A stretch of 64,000 bases of DNA from Chloroflexota bacterium (GCA_034436555.1 DAOTUU010000033.1:259720-323719); one strand, 5' to 3'; counted from the stretch's first letter, positions 21,156 to 30,741 are shown. Notes: a model not told the origin generated them from the letters alone. Numbers and translations are program-made.

Positions 21156-21300
21156 CCATGTGGTTCGCGGTCGGACGCCAAGATAGCGACGATCGATGCC
21201 GGTTTCGCACAGGCGCTGCCGGATCTGACATTCCTGGTCCCCGAGTGACAGCGGTGTGCGAACGGCGCGAGGAACGGCAGCCCGGACCGGAACGTGGCGC

Positions 21301-22413
21301 TCAGGTGGGTTCGGGGTCGTCAGGATCGCCGGTCGGGACGCCTTCGGCGGTCGCCGCGGACCGGCCATGCGGGTCGCCTGGGCGATGGACGTCGCGATAC
21401 CGCCAGCGCCGGTAGCGGTCACGGGCGGTCGCCCCCAGCCCCAGGACACGGGAGCCGACGGGAGCCAGCGTCAGGCGCCACGCTCCCACGTAGTCGACCT
21501 CGTGCCCGCCGAAGCCGCTCTTGAACTGCTCGATGCCCTCGCGCGGCAGGCCCCACAGGTCGTACTGCGTGTAGCCAGCCGCCTTCATGCGCCGCAGCGC
21601 CTCCCACTTGAGGAGGTAGTTCGCGCGACGCCGGGCGCCCTTCTCGGTGGTGCCGCCGTACAGGTCCGCGACCCGCCGGCCGCAGCCGACGAGGAGCACC
21701 GCCGCCACCGCCTCGCCCGTGTCCACGGCCTCCGCGAACAGCAGGTGGGCCTTGCCGCGCGGCGCCAGGTGGGTCCACATCTCCCGGAACGCCTCCTCGC
21801 TCCGGGGCGCGATGCCGGCCCGCTGCAGTGCCTCCGCGTGGATCGCGTGCAGCTCGCCGATGCGTGCCGCGTCGCCCGCGACCACGCACACTCCGAGCCG
21901 CTCCGACTTGGACACCGACTGGCGAGTCTTGCGGTGCATGCCCGCCAGGATCGCTGGCTCGTCCTGGGCCAGGTCGATGATGCGCGTGCGGTCGGGCTGG
22001 ACGTGGTCGGTGCGCCGCCATCCTGCGCGGATCAGCTCGCGCGCCAGCCGCCCGTCCCCCGCGTCCGCCTCGGGCTCCATCACGATCGTCGCTAGCCGGT
22101 GACGCCGCCCCGCCTCGCGCAGGCGCCGGGTGACGGCCAAGACCTGCGCCCGGCTCAGCGTCCCGTCCGCGGTGACGGGTCCGCGCGCGAGGTAGCCCAG
22201 CCCCCAGGGCAGGCCACGCGGACGCTGCACCAGCACCTGCGCCCCCACGAGGCCGCCGTCCGGGTCCGCGGCGACGCGGAACGAGGACCAGCCATTCGGC
22301 CGCTTGACCGCCGCCCAGGCGCTCGACTGGAGGTGGCAGGGCGCCGCGGACGCCGCCAGGAACGCCTCCCAGGCCACCTCGTCGACCTCCAGCCGGGCGG
22401 CGGCGTCGGTCAC
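21301..22413 (-). CDS. FemAB-family peptidoglycan aminoacyltransferase (tRNA-dependent lipid II peptidyltransferase-like)
   Basis: GTG 22413 overlaps the hisS stop (GTGA). WEAFLAASAAPCHLQSSAWAAVKRPNGW, YLLKWEALRRMKAAGYTQYDLWGLPREGIEQFKSGFGGHEV (Fem C-terminal signature). 370 aa. Confidence 0.8.
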   Translation of the reverse strand: MTDAAARLEVDEVAWEAFLAASAAPCHLQSSAWAAVKRPNGWSSFRVAADPDGGLVGAQVLVQRPRGLPWGLGYLARGPVTADGTLSRAQVLAVTRRLREAGRRHRLATIVMEPEADAGDGRLARELIRAGWRRTDHVQPDRTRIIDLAQDEPAILAGMHRKTRQSVSKSERLGVCVVAGDAARIGELHAIHAEALQRAGIAPRSEEAFREMWTHLAPRGKAHLLFAEAVDTGEAVAAVLLVGCGRRVADLYGGTTEKGARRRANYLLKWEALRRMKAAGYTQYDLWGLPREGIEQFKSGFGGHEVDYVGAWRLTLAPVGSRVLGLGATARDRYRRWRYRDVHRPGDPHGRSAATAEGVPTGDPDDPEPT

Positions 22414-23714
22414 GCGTCGCCGGTCCCGTGCTTGTGCTGCGCCTCGCCGCGCTGGAGGTCGCGGACAAGGTCGTCCAGGTCCACCCGGCGCTGGGTCCCT
22501 GCCTGGAGGTCCTTCACCTGGACCTGGCCCGCGGCGAGCTCATCTCCGCAGATGACCGCGAAGTGGGCGCCCTCCCGCGAGGCTCCCTCGAGCTGCTTGC
22601 CCAGCTTGCGCGGCGCCAGGTCCGCCCGCGCGGCGAGACCCCCGGCGCGCAGGAGCGTGGCGACCCGCAGGCGCGGCACGGTGTCCGCCGGATCGGCGCC
22701 CACCACCACGATGGCGGCGCGGGGTGGTGCGATCGGCTCCGCGCCCTGCTCCGCGAGCGCCAGCACCACCCGGTCAAGGCCCAGCCCGAAGCCGATGCCC
22801 GGCGTGGGCCGGCCGCCCAGCAGCTCCACCAGGCCGTCGTAGCGACCGCCGCCGCCGAGCGCCTGCTGCTGGCCCTCTGCCCCGGCGCGGTAGAACTCGA
22901 ACGCGGTGCGGGTGTAGTAGTCGAGGCCGCGCACCAGGCGGGGCGCGGGTCGGGGGCTGACGCCCAGCGCCGCGAGGTGCGCCCGGACGCCGTCATGGTG
23001 CGCCCGACAGGCGTCGCACAGGTGGTCCGTGATGGTGGGCGCGTCCGCGATGAGCGACTGCATCCGCTCGTCCTTGGAGTCCAGGAGCCGCAGCGGCGCC
23101 GTCTCCAGGCGCTGCCGCTCAAGCTCCGGCAGGTCATCCGCGAACCGTCGGAAGTGCGCCTGGAGCAGGGCCACGTACGCCGGGCGGCAGGCGCCATCGC
23201 CGATGGAGTTGAGCAGCACCTCGACACCCGACACGCCCGCCACGGCGTAGAACCGCAGCCCCAGCTCGACGATCTCGGCGTCGATGCCCGGGCCCGGGTC
23301 GCCGATCGCCTCCACGTCGAACTGCCAGAACTGGCGATACCGTCCCGCCTGGGGCCGGTCGTAGCGGAACATCGGCCCGGTCAGGGTCAGCTTCACGGGC
23401 TGGGGCAGCGTCTGCATGCCGTGCTGGATGTATGCCCGCACGAGTCCCGCGGTCGGCTCCGGACGGAGCGCCCAGCGCTCGCGCTCCTGGTCGCCGCGGC
23501 CGGCCTGGACCCGGAACAGCTCCTTCTCCACCACGTCCGTCACGGCGCCCACGCCCCGCTCGAACACCTCGCTCTGCTCGAACAGGGGCGTCTCGATGGG
23601 CTGGTACCCGTAGCGCGTCGCGAGGTCGCGGGCGATCGTCTCGAGACGCAGGAAGGCGGCCCGTTCGGGCGGCAGCAGGTCGCGGGTGCCCCGCGGGGCT
23701 TGGTACCTCGGCAC
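22410..23714 (-). CDS. hisS: Histidyl-tRNA synthetase
   Basis: Class II motifs 1/2/3 (RYQAPRGTRDLLP, FRYDRPQAGRYRQFWQ, GGGRYDGL). HisA/HisB anticodon-binding C-terminus. 434 aa. Confidence 0.9.
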   Translation of the reverse strand: MPRYQAPRGTRDLLPPERAAFLRLETIARDLATRYGYQPIETPLFEQSEVFERGVGAVTDVVEKELFRVQAGRGDQERERWALRPEPTAGLVRAYIQHGMQTLPQPVKLTLTGPMFRYDRPQAGRYRQFWQFDVEAIGDPGPGIDAEIVELGLRFYAVAGVSGVEVLLNSIGDGACRPAYVALLQAHFRRFADDLPELERQRLETAPLRLLDSKDERMQSLIADAPTITDHLCDACRAHHDGVRAHLAALGVSPRPAPRLVRGLDYYTRTAFEFYRAGAEGQQQALGGGGRYDGLVELLGGRPTPGIGFGLGLDRVVLALAEQGAEPIAPPRAAIVVVGADPADTVPRLRVATLLRAGGLAARADLAPRKLGKQLEGASREGAHFAVICGDELAAGQVQVKDLQAGTQRRVDLDDLVRDLQRGEAQHKHGTGDA

Positions 23715-23751
23715 GGCCGAAGGATAGCGGCGTGGCCTACGATGTGCCGCG

Positions 23752-24573
23752 ATGTCCGTGTCCGCGAACGACCGCCCGGCTGCCTCCTCCGGCGACCGCC
23801 TGGGCTATCTCATCGGCGTCTTCGGGTGCGCCTTCTCGATCACCGCGCTGTGGCTGTGCATGCGCGCCGTGTTGGACATCGGCGGCTCCTGCGGGTCGGG
23901 TGGGCCCTACGAGATCGCCGTGCCCTGCCCGCCAGGGGTCGACCTGCTGCTCGTGCTGGCGTTCCCGCTGGGGTTCGCCTCGGTCGGGCTGATGGTCTGG
24001 AAGGGAGCCCGCCTGGGCGCCGCCTGGGTGGCCCTGGCGGGGCTGGCGTGGCCCGCGGTGTTCCTGTCGCTGGGCTGGAACTTCATCGAGTACGGGCTCT
24101 GGCCGCCGGTCACCGGGGACCCCGGGCTGGGATTCCTCATCCCCGGGGTGGTCTTCCTGGTGATGGGCGGTGTGCCGCTCTGGTTCTGGTGGATCGGCCG
24201 CGGCGATGCCCCGGCCGTGCCGGGATCGCGAGGGACGCGTGCCCGGTCGGATCTGCGCCAGCTGCGCGACCTGCGGGATGCGATGGCGCACGCGGCGGTC
24301 GACGCGCGCCGCAGGGGTGGCCCGACGGCCGACCGGCTGACCGTGCGCCAGGCGATGTCCCTGCCGGGGTCGTCGGACTCGGCCCCGCCGCCATCCCCGG
24401 CGGTCGCGGTCGCGCCGGCCCCCGACGCCGGCGGCGAGGGGGACCGCAGCGAGGCGTTCGTGGCCCAGCTGGAACGCCTCGCGGTGCTCCACCGCGCGGG
24501 CGACCTGTCGCTGCTCGAGTTCCAGGCCGCCAAGGCCGCGCTCCTCGCGAACGCGGGCGGGGACCCGCGATGA
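23752..24573 (+). CDS. Membrane protein with C-terminal SHOCT domain
   Basis: Four or more TM helices, then LERLAVLHRAGDLSLLEFQAAKAALL (SHOCT-like short C-terminal motif). Confidence 0.6.
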   Translation: MSVSANDRPAASSGDRLGYLIGVFGCAFSITALWLCMRAVLDIGGSCGSGGPYEIAVPCPPGVDLLLVLAFPLGFASVGLMVWKGARLGAAWVALAGLAWPAVFLSLGWNFIEYGLWPPVTGDPGLGFLIPGVVFLVMGGVPLWFWWIGRGDAPAVPGSRGTRARSDLRQLRDLRDAMAHAAVDARRRGGPTADRLTVRQAMSLPGSSDSAPPPSPAVAVAPAPDAGGEGDRSEAFVAQLERLAVLHRAGDLSLLEFQAAKAALLANAGGDPR

Positions 24574-24680
24574 GCGGTTCGCCCGTGGGCCGCGGATTCC
24601 GCATCGCGGTGCTGTCCGTGATCGTGCTCGGGATCCTTGCGGCGATGTGGCTCGTGGAGCACCTGCTCGCGCCCGCCTGA
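24570..24680 (+). CDS. Possible 36-aa single-TM microprotein coupled (ATGA) to the SHOCT protein
   Basis: MSGSPVGRGFRIAVLSVIVLGILAAMWLVEHLLAPA. ATG overlaps the upstream stop. Supported only by coupling and hydrophobicity. Confidence 0.3.
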   Translation: MSGSPVGRGFRIAVLSVIVLGILAAMWLVEHLLAPA

Positions 24681-24759
24681 CGGTCCCGCGGTCGACTCCG
24701 GCGGAGCGCCCGGCGCGCCGCACCCTCGGTGGCCGCCGGCCACCCGGCGACGCGTCGGA

Positions 24760-25710
24760 TCAGCCGTCGACGTCGGCGATCCTGATGAACCGGCCGGCCT
24801 CGGGCGCCCACAGCACCGACGTGATGCGGGTGTCCGCAGGGACGTTGTAGCCCACGTATCCGGAGCTGCGGTCGTCCGGCGCGAGCACCTGGGCCTGGAG
24901 GTCCGGCACGATGTCCTCGGCGGGACGCGGCACACGGCTGGGCCGGATGAAGCGCCCGTTCTCGTCCTGGAGGACGATCTGCCAGGGATCGAAGCCCAGC
25001 TGCTGGTCGATGGCCGCCTGGAACACCACGGTCGCGAGGACATAGCGCGTTCCCTCGGCCGGGGGCTGCGCCGGATCGAACTCGGTGTAGGGATCGCGGA
25101 TCGCCCGCACCGTGACCGTCCCGTGCGAGACGCCCGCGGCGTCGGCGACCTCCACCTCCGTGCCCACTGGCCTGGGCTCGGCCTGGGTGAACGTGCTGAG
25201 CGTGATCATCCGCTCGCTCTCCGGCAGGTACAGCACCGCATCGCTCACGGCGCCCGTGGGCACCTTGAAGCCGATGGCACCCGACAGCCGGTCACCGGGC
25301 CCCATGGTCTGGCTCTGGAAGTCGGGCAGCGTCACCGGCTGGACACGCGGCAGGCTGGAGGACCATCGAAGGTAGCCCTCCGCGTCCTGGAGCACGATGG
25401 CGTAGGGGTCCGCCCAGAACGGCTGGTCGGCCGCGGCCTCGAACACCACGTCCAGCAGCACGTAGCGCTCACCCTCGGCGGGTGGGTAGGTCGGGTCGAA
25501 CTCCGTGTACGGATCGGCGACCGACCGGATGGTGACGGTGCCGTGGGTGACGCCATCGGCGTCGACGTACGGCGTGCCGCCCTCGGGCGATGTGACGGGC
25601 GGCGGCGAGTCGGCCGGTGATGGCGACGCATCCTGCGCCATGACCGGCAGGCCGCCCGCCAGCATGACGGTCGCCATGACGATGGAGCTGAACGACGATC
25701 GGTCGCGCAT
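24760..25710 (-). CDS. Secreted protein with two tandem DUF4352-like domains
   Basis: GAGGGGAG RBS before ATG 25710. Signal peptide MRDRSSFSSIVMATVMLAGGLPVMAQD. Two homologous halves (GTVTIRSVADPYTEFDPTYPPAEGERYVLLDVVFEAA / GTVTVRAIRDPYTEFDPAQPPAEGTRYVLATVVFQAA). Confidence 0.65.
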   Translation of the reverse strand: MRDRSSFSSIVMATVMLAGGLPVMAQDASPSPADSPPPVTSPEGGTPYVDADGVTHGTVTIRSVADPYTEFDPTYPPAEGERYVLLDVVFEAAADQPFWADPYAIVLQDAEGYLRWSSSLPRVQPVTLPDFQSQTMGPGDRLSGAIGFKVPTGAVSDAVLYLPESERMITLSTFTQAEPRPVGTEVEVADAAGVSHGTVTVRAIRDPYTEFDPAQPPAEGTRYVLATVVFQAAIDQQLGFDPWQIVLQDENGRFIRPSRVPRPAEDIVPDLQAQVLAPDDRSSGYVGYNVPADTRITSVLWAPEAGRFIRIADVDG

Positions 25711-25860
25711 CGGTGCGTCTCCCCTCATGTCCGTGCGATGGCCGCCCCAACGACCCGCGGCCAGCCTACACCAGGCGGAGGCTGCATCGCGAGAGCGTTC
25801 CGGCCCTGCCGCCGATGGGCCGATCGGCATCGCCCGGGGAGCGCGCCCGCCGGCCCGCGG

Positions 25861-28179
25861 TCAGGCCTGGTCGCGCTGGACCGAGATGATGTCGCGCAGC
25901 TGCTCCAGGCGTGACATGACCTTGGCGAGCTGGGCCACGGAGGTCACCTGGAGGGTGGCCTGGATCGTGGCGCGGTGGCCGTCCTGGACCATGACGTGCG
26001 CCGACACGATGCTGATCTTGTGCTCCGCGACGATGCTCGTGACATCCGCGAGGAGCCCGGTGCGGTCATAGCCGTCGAGGCGGACGGCGATGGGGTACGT
26101 CTGCTGGAGCGCCGCCTCCCACTCCACGTCGATGAGTCGCTCGATGTCCCGCTCGTTGACGATCGTGGCGCAGGTCGCGAGGTGCACGGTGACGCCGCGG
26201 CCGCGCGAGATGAAGCCCGTGATGGGATCGCCGGGAATCGGGTGGCAGCACTTCGCGAAGCGCACGAGCAGGTCGCCCACGCCCTTGACCCGGACACCGC
26301 CGGTGCGCGGCGGCGGTGGCGGCGCGACCTGGGGCAGCACCGCCTGGTTGGCATCATCGGCGACGCCCAGGCGCATGACCACGGTCTGTGCGGAGATCGC
26401 GCCGTAGCCGATGGCGGCGAAGAAGTCGTCCAGGCTCCCGAATCGGTCGCGATCCACCTGCTCCTGGAGCAGGTCCTGGGGGATCCGGTCGATGGACGTG
26501 CGGGCCAGGCGGTGCAGCTCCCGGTCCAGCGCGGCCTTGCCGTGGGCGATGTTCTCATCCCGCTGCTGGCGCTTGAACCATTGCCGGATCTTCTCCTTGG
26601 CATGGCTCGTGGTGACCACGCCGAGCCAGTCGCGCGACGGGCCGTGGGCGGCGCGCGTGGTCACGATCTCCACGATGTCGCCGTTCTTGAGCCGGTAGTC
26701 CAGAGCCACGAGCCGGTTGTTCACCTTCGCGCCGATGCAGGCATGGCCCACGTCGGTATGGATGCGGTATGCGAAGTCCAGGGGGGTGGCGCCGGCTGGC
26801 AGATCCTTGACGTCTCCCCGGGGCGTGAACACGAACACCTGGTCGCGGAAGATGTCGACCTTGACGCCCTCGACGAACTCCGTCGCGTCCGACACCTCGC
26901 GCTGCCAGTCCACCAGCTGGCGCAGCCAGGCGAGCTTCGCGTCGTAGGCGCGGTCGGAGCGCGACCCCTCCTTGTAGCGCCAGTGCGCCGCGACGCCCAT
27001 CTCCGACACGCGGTGCATGTCGTACGTCCGGATCTGGACCTCCAGCGGCTTTCCGTCGAGCGCGACCACGGCCGTGTGGAGCGACTGATAGCCGTTCGTC
27101 TTGGGCACCGCGATGTAGTCGTCGAACTGGCCCGGGATCGGGCGCCACAGGGTGTGGACGACGCCCAGGGCACCGTAGCAGTCCCGGGTGTCCTCCACGA
27201 GCACCCGCAGCGCGTGCAGGTCGTAGATCTCCTCGAGGCGCGCCTGCTTGCGCTGCATCTTCCGGTGGATGCTGTAGATGTGCTTGGGCCGGCCCGAGAT
27301 GTCCGCGTGGACGCCGGCATCCACGAGCGCCGCGTCCAGCACCACCATGGCGCGCTTGACGTACGCCTCGCGGAACCGGCGGTGGCTCTCGAGCTGCCGG
27401 GCCAGCTGGCGGTAGGCCTCGGGATCGAGGATCTTGAACGCGAGGTCCTCCAGCTCCCACTTGATCTGCCAGATGCCCAGGCGCTCCGCGAGGGGCGCGT
27501 AGATCTCCATCGTCTGGCGCGCGATGCGCTGCTGCTTCTCGATGGGCAATGCCGCGAGGGTGCGCATGTTGTGGAGCCGGTCGGCAAGCTTGATGAGGAC
27601 GACGCGGATGTCCTCCGCCATCGCCAGGAACATCTTGCGGATGTTCTCCGCCTGCTGCTCCTCGTGCGTTCGGGCGCTGAACTTGGACAGCTTGGTGACG
27701 CCGTCCACCAGGCGGGCGACCTCGGCGCCGAACCGCTCCTCCACGTCCGCGAGCGAGGCGTCCGTGTCCTCCGGCACGTCGTGGAGCAGCGCCGCCTGGA
27801 CGGTCACCACGTCCAGACCCAGCTCCGCGAGCGTCTGCGCCACCGCCAGCGGATGCACGATGTACTGCTCCCCGCTGGCCCGGCGCTGCGGCGCATGGGC
27901 CTCGAGCGCGAACCGGTACGCGGCCTCCACCTCGGCCGGATCCGCCGCGGGATAGCGCTCGTGGATCTCCGACTCGAGCCGCTTCTCCGCGGCATCGAGC
28001 TGCGCCTGCGAGGTGAGCGCCGGGGGTGAACCCTGCCCGTCCGGTCGTGCCGCAGCGAGAGGGGTCTGCATCCCGGCGGGCGTCCCGGCGATGGCCGCGG
28101 CGGGGGCCGCGGCGGCGCGCTCCGACTCGCCGCCGCGAGTGTCGAGGAGGTCGGCCGCAGTCGGGTCGCTGATGGACAT
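25861..28179 (-). CDS. relA: Bifunctional (p)ppGpp synthetase/hydrolase RelA/SpoT (Rel)
   Basis: HD domain (HPLAVAQTLAELGLDVVTVQAALLHDVPEDT), synthetase domain (GRPKHIYSIHRKM, ALRVLV), TGS and ACT regions. Start ATG at 28179 (MSISDPTAADLLD), about 773 aa. Confidence 0.9.
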   Translation of the reverse strand: MSISDPTAADLLDTRGGESERAAAAPAAAIAGTPAGMQTPLAAARPDGQGSPPALTSQAQLDAAEKRLESEIHERYPAADPAEVEAAYRFALEAHAPQRRASGEQYIVHPLAVAQTLAELGLDVVTVQAALLHDVPEDTDASLADVEERFGAEVARLVDGVTKLSKFSARTHEEQQAENIRKMFLAMAEDIRVVLIKLADRLHNMRTLAALPIEKQQRIARQTMEIYAPLAERLGIWQIKWELEDLAFKILDPEAYRQLARQLESHRRFREAYVKRAMVVLDAALVDAGVHADISGRPKHIYSIHRKMQRKQARLEEIYDLHALRVLVEDTRDCYGALGVVHTLWRPIPGQFDDYIAVPKTNGYQSLHTAVVALDGKPLEVQIRTYDMHRVSEMGVAAHWRYKEGSRSDRAYDAKLAWLRQLVDWQREVSDATEFVEGVKVDIFRDQVFVFTPRGDVKDLPAGATPLDFAYRIHTDVGHACIGAKVNNRLVALDYRLKNGDIVEIVTTRAAHGPSRDWLGVVTTSHAKEKIRQWFKRQQRDENIAHGKAALDRELHRLARTSIDRIPQDLLQEQVDRDRFGSLDDFFAAIGYGAISAQTVVMRLGVADDANQAVLPQVAPPPPPRTGGVRVKGVGDLLVRFAKCCHPIPGDPITGFISRGRGVTVHLATCATIVNERDIERLIDVEWEAALQQTYPIAVRLDGYDRTGLLADVTSIVAEHKISIVSAHVMVQDGHRATIQATLQVTSVAQLAKVMSRLEQLRDIISVQRDQA

Positions 28180-28217
28180 GGGCCGTCCAGTGTACCGTCT
28201 GCCGTTGGAGGCCCCCG

Positions 28218-29552
28218 ATGATGACCCGACCGCAGATGCCCGCGCGCCCCCGCCACGCACCGCTCGTGATGCTGCTGGTCGCCCTGCTGCTGGGGGGCGT
28301 CGGCGGCATGGCGGCTCGGACGCCCGCCGCATCCGCGGGCGGTCGCGTCCACGTCGGCCCGCTCGCGCTGGCCCAGGCGTCCCCGTCGGCGTCGCCGGGT
28401 CCCCTCGCCTCCCCGCTCGCATCGATCGTGCCGGCGCCGTTCGATGCGGCGCTCGCCGAGGCGCTCCAGCGGGTCGTCGACGCGTCGTGGAGGCGCATCC
28501 CGGCACCCGGCATCTCGGTGGCGGTGCGATTGGCCGACGGGCGCATCTGGACCGGCGTGGCCGGCGACCGCCGCCTGTCGCCGCCCGAGCCGGTCGACCC
28601 GGACACCGTGTTCGCCATCGCGAGCATCACCAAGACGTTCGTGACCGCGGTCGTGCTCCAGCTCGTCGATGAGGGGCGGCTCTCCCTGGATGACCCGCTG
28701 GGCCGCTTCCTGCCCCGCTTCCCGCGCGCCCGGGACATCACCATCCGACAGCTCCTGGGTCACACCAGCGGCGTGGCCGACTACTTCGGGAGCCCGAGCT
28801 ATGCGAGCAGGGTGTTCAGCCGTCCGGGCCGCACCTGGACCCGGGCCCAGATCCTGCGCCTCGTGGGCGCGTCCTACTGCGACCCTGGCGACTGCTTCCG
28901 CTACTCCAACACGAACTTCGTGCTGCTCGGCCTGGTGGTCGAACAGGTGACCGGGAAGGACCTGTCGACGGTCATCCGGCGGCGCCTGCTCGATCCGCTG
29001 GGCCTCGACCGCACCGTGTTCCAGCCCGACGAGCGCACGCCGCGAGACGCCGCGCACGGACACCTGTGGGGCGGCGGTGACACGTTCTACGACCAGACGG
29101 GCAGCAGCCGGGTGCTGCCGCATCGCTCGGCATCCACGGTGGCCTGGGCGGCGGGCGCCATGGCTTCCACGGCCGGCGACCTGGCGCGCTGGGCGGCGGC
29201 GCTGTACGGCGGCGACGTGCTGTCGGATGCGGCACGAGCGGAGATGCTCACCTTCCGCCGCAGGGATGCGTACGGGCTGGGGACGCGCACCCGCCAGTTC
29301 GGCGGACACCGCGCTATCGGCCATCTGGGAGGCATCCGGGGCTACGAGCTCGCGATGTGGTACTTCCCGGACGCTGGCGCGTCCGTGGTCGTGCTCACGA
29401 ACCGCGGCCTGTTCAGCACCGACCGGACCGTGAAGCTGCTCACGAAGGCGCTGTTCCGCCACCTCGACGGGGATTCGACGCTCTCCCCGGCGCCATCACC
29501 GAGCGCCTCCGGCGCCCCGCTCCCCTCCCCGTCGGCCGCGCCCCCGGCCTGA
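28218..29552 (+). CDS. Serine hydrolase of the beta-lactamase / penicillin-binding protein fold (class C-like, possible DD-peptidase)
   Basis: SITKTF (SxxK), YSNTNF (YxN), HLGGIRG near the C-terminus. Signal peptide and Ser/Pro-rich tail. Confidence 0.8.
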   Translation: MMTRPQMPARPRHAPLVMLLVALLLGGVGGMAARTPAASAGGRVHVGPLALAQASPSASPGPLASPLASIVPAPFDAALAEALQRVVDASWRRIPAPGISVAVRLADGRIWTGVAGDRRLSPPEPVDPDTVFAIASITKTFVTAVVLQLVDEGRLSLDDPLGRFLPRFPRARDITIRQLLGHTSGVADYFGSPSYASRVFSRPGRTWTRAQILRLVGASYCDPGDCFRYSNTNFVLLGLVVEQVTGKDLSTVIRRRLLDPLGLDRTVFQPDERTPRDAAHGHLWGGGDTFYDQTGSSRVLPHRSASTVAWAAGAMASTAGDLARWAAALYGGDVLSDAARAEMLTFRRRDAYGLGTRTRQFGGHRAIGHLGGIRGYELAMWYFPDAGASVVVLTNRGLFSTDRTVKLLTKALFRHLDGDSTLSPAPSPSASGAPLPSPSAAPPA

Positions 29553-29568
29553 TCCGCGGGCGCCCCGG

Positions 29569-30741
29569 TCAGCCGTCGGCGGCTGTGGGCGCCCCGGTCG
29601 ATCGTCGGCGATCGCCCAGGCGCCACGCGGTCCGCACCATCCCGCCCCGCAGGCGAGACGGCGCGACCTCATGGGCCCCCACGAACGACACGGGTCGGGC
29701 ACCCCACTGGAGCTTGAAGCGATACAGGTTCCACAGCGGATGGGAGTCGTCCTGGGGCAGGCCCGCGGCCGCGTGCGTGTCCACGCCACCCAGGTCATAG
29801 GTCGTGAAGCCCGCCTCCGCCGCCCAGCGGATGATCGTCCACTGCAGCAGGAAGTTGCCGGGCACCCGCCCCTGCTCGGTGTCTCCCTCGCCCGCCTGGA
29901 ACAGGATCGCCCTCGCACCCGCGTGGTGGACGAGCGTGTGGGCGATGTCCCGTCCGTCCAGCCGCGCGAACCACAGCGAGGCCGCTCCCGCCTCGATGAG
30001 GACCCGCGAGGCGGCCGAGTGGTATGCCTCGGGGCGAGGCGTGAACCCGGTCCGGTCCCCGGTCCGGGCAAGCATCCGGTAGGCCGCCTCGAGCGCCGGA
30101 GCCAGCTCCGCGGGGTCGCTGTGGCGGTCCAGGCGCACGATCTCCACGCCCGCCCTGCGAGCCTTCTCCACGTTCCTGCGGGTGTTCTCGTTGACGAGCG
30201 CCCGCTGGGCCGCCTCATCGCGATGAAGCGGCAGCAGCATGCCCGTGCGGGACACCTGGATCTGCCTGCGGGCGGGCGTGAACCCGGCACCCAGCAGCGC
30301 GATCTCGAGCGGCGTGCCCGACTCCCAGGCCGGGTCGAGGACCAGCAGCGCCGCGCGGCGTGACCGCGCGATGCGCACCAGGCCCGCCAGCGCTCCGCGC
30401 ACCGCAGCCGGATCGTCACGCAGCAGCACCGGACCGAACGGCGCGTACAGGAACCGCCCCGGCAGCGCGGTCACGCGTCCGATGCGCGGCCCCCTCGGCA
30501 GGCGGCGAGCCAGCGGACCCGCCACGAGCCGCTCCTGGATCGAGACGACCGCGACGGGTCCGTCCGCGTCCTCGATGCGATAGCGCCCCACGTCCCAGCC
30601 GGCGGCGCCCTTGAACGCCCCCCAGGCGTGCGACTGGAGCGCCTCGCCCCGCGGTGAACGGACCGCGAGCGCATCCCAGGCGTCCGGTGCGGGCGCCGCC
30701 AGCGTCACGACCCGGACGCCGGGCCCGCGGTCGTCGCTCAC
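29569..30741 (-). CDS. FemAB-family peptidoglycan aminoacyltransferase
   Basis: GTG 30741 overlaps the murE stop (GTGA). DAWDALAVRSPRGEALQSHAWGAFKGAAGWDVGRYRIE ... NFLLQWTIIRWAAEAGFTTYDLGGVD ... NLYRFKLQWGARP. Confidence 0.8.
   Translation of the reverse strand: MSDDRGPGVRVVTLAAPAPDAWDALAVRSPRGEALQSHAWGAFKGAAGWDVGRYRIEDADGPVAVVSIQERLVAGPLARRLPRGPRIGRVTALPGRFLYAPFGPVLLRDDPAAVRGALAGLVRIARSRRAALLVLDPAWESGTPLEIALLGAGFTPARRQIQVSRTGMLLPLHRDEAAQRALVNENTRRNVEKARRAGVEIVRLDRHSDPAELAPALEAAYRMLARTGDRTGFTPRPEAYHSAASRVLIEAGAASLWFARLDGRDIAHTLVHHAGARAILFQAGEGDTEQGRVPGNFLLQWTIIRWAAEAGFTTYDLGGVDTHAAAGLPQDDSHPLWNLYRFKLQWGARPVSFVGAHEVAPSRLRGGMVRTAWRLGDRRRSTGAPTAADG

Noticed and set aside
21107-21415. 102-aa plus-strand ORF after the RHH-like gene
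   Set aside because: Its start (MWFAVGRQD) could be a toxin remnant, but the rest is Gly/Ser/Arg-rich and runs antisense into the Fem gene. No support
22428-24680. 750-aa plus-strand ORF across hisS and the SHOCT gene
   Set aside because: Antisense or frame artefact. hisS and the SHOCT protein are well supported on their own frames
25975-28029. 684-aa plus-strand and 26555..28744 minus-strand alternative-frame ORFs inside relA
   Set aside because: They overlap the RelA/SpoT gene, which has HD, synthetase, TGS and ACT motifs. Their own translations are low complexity
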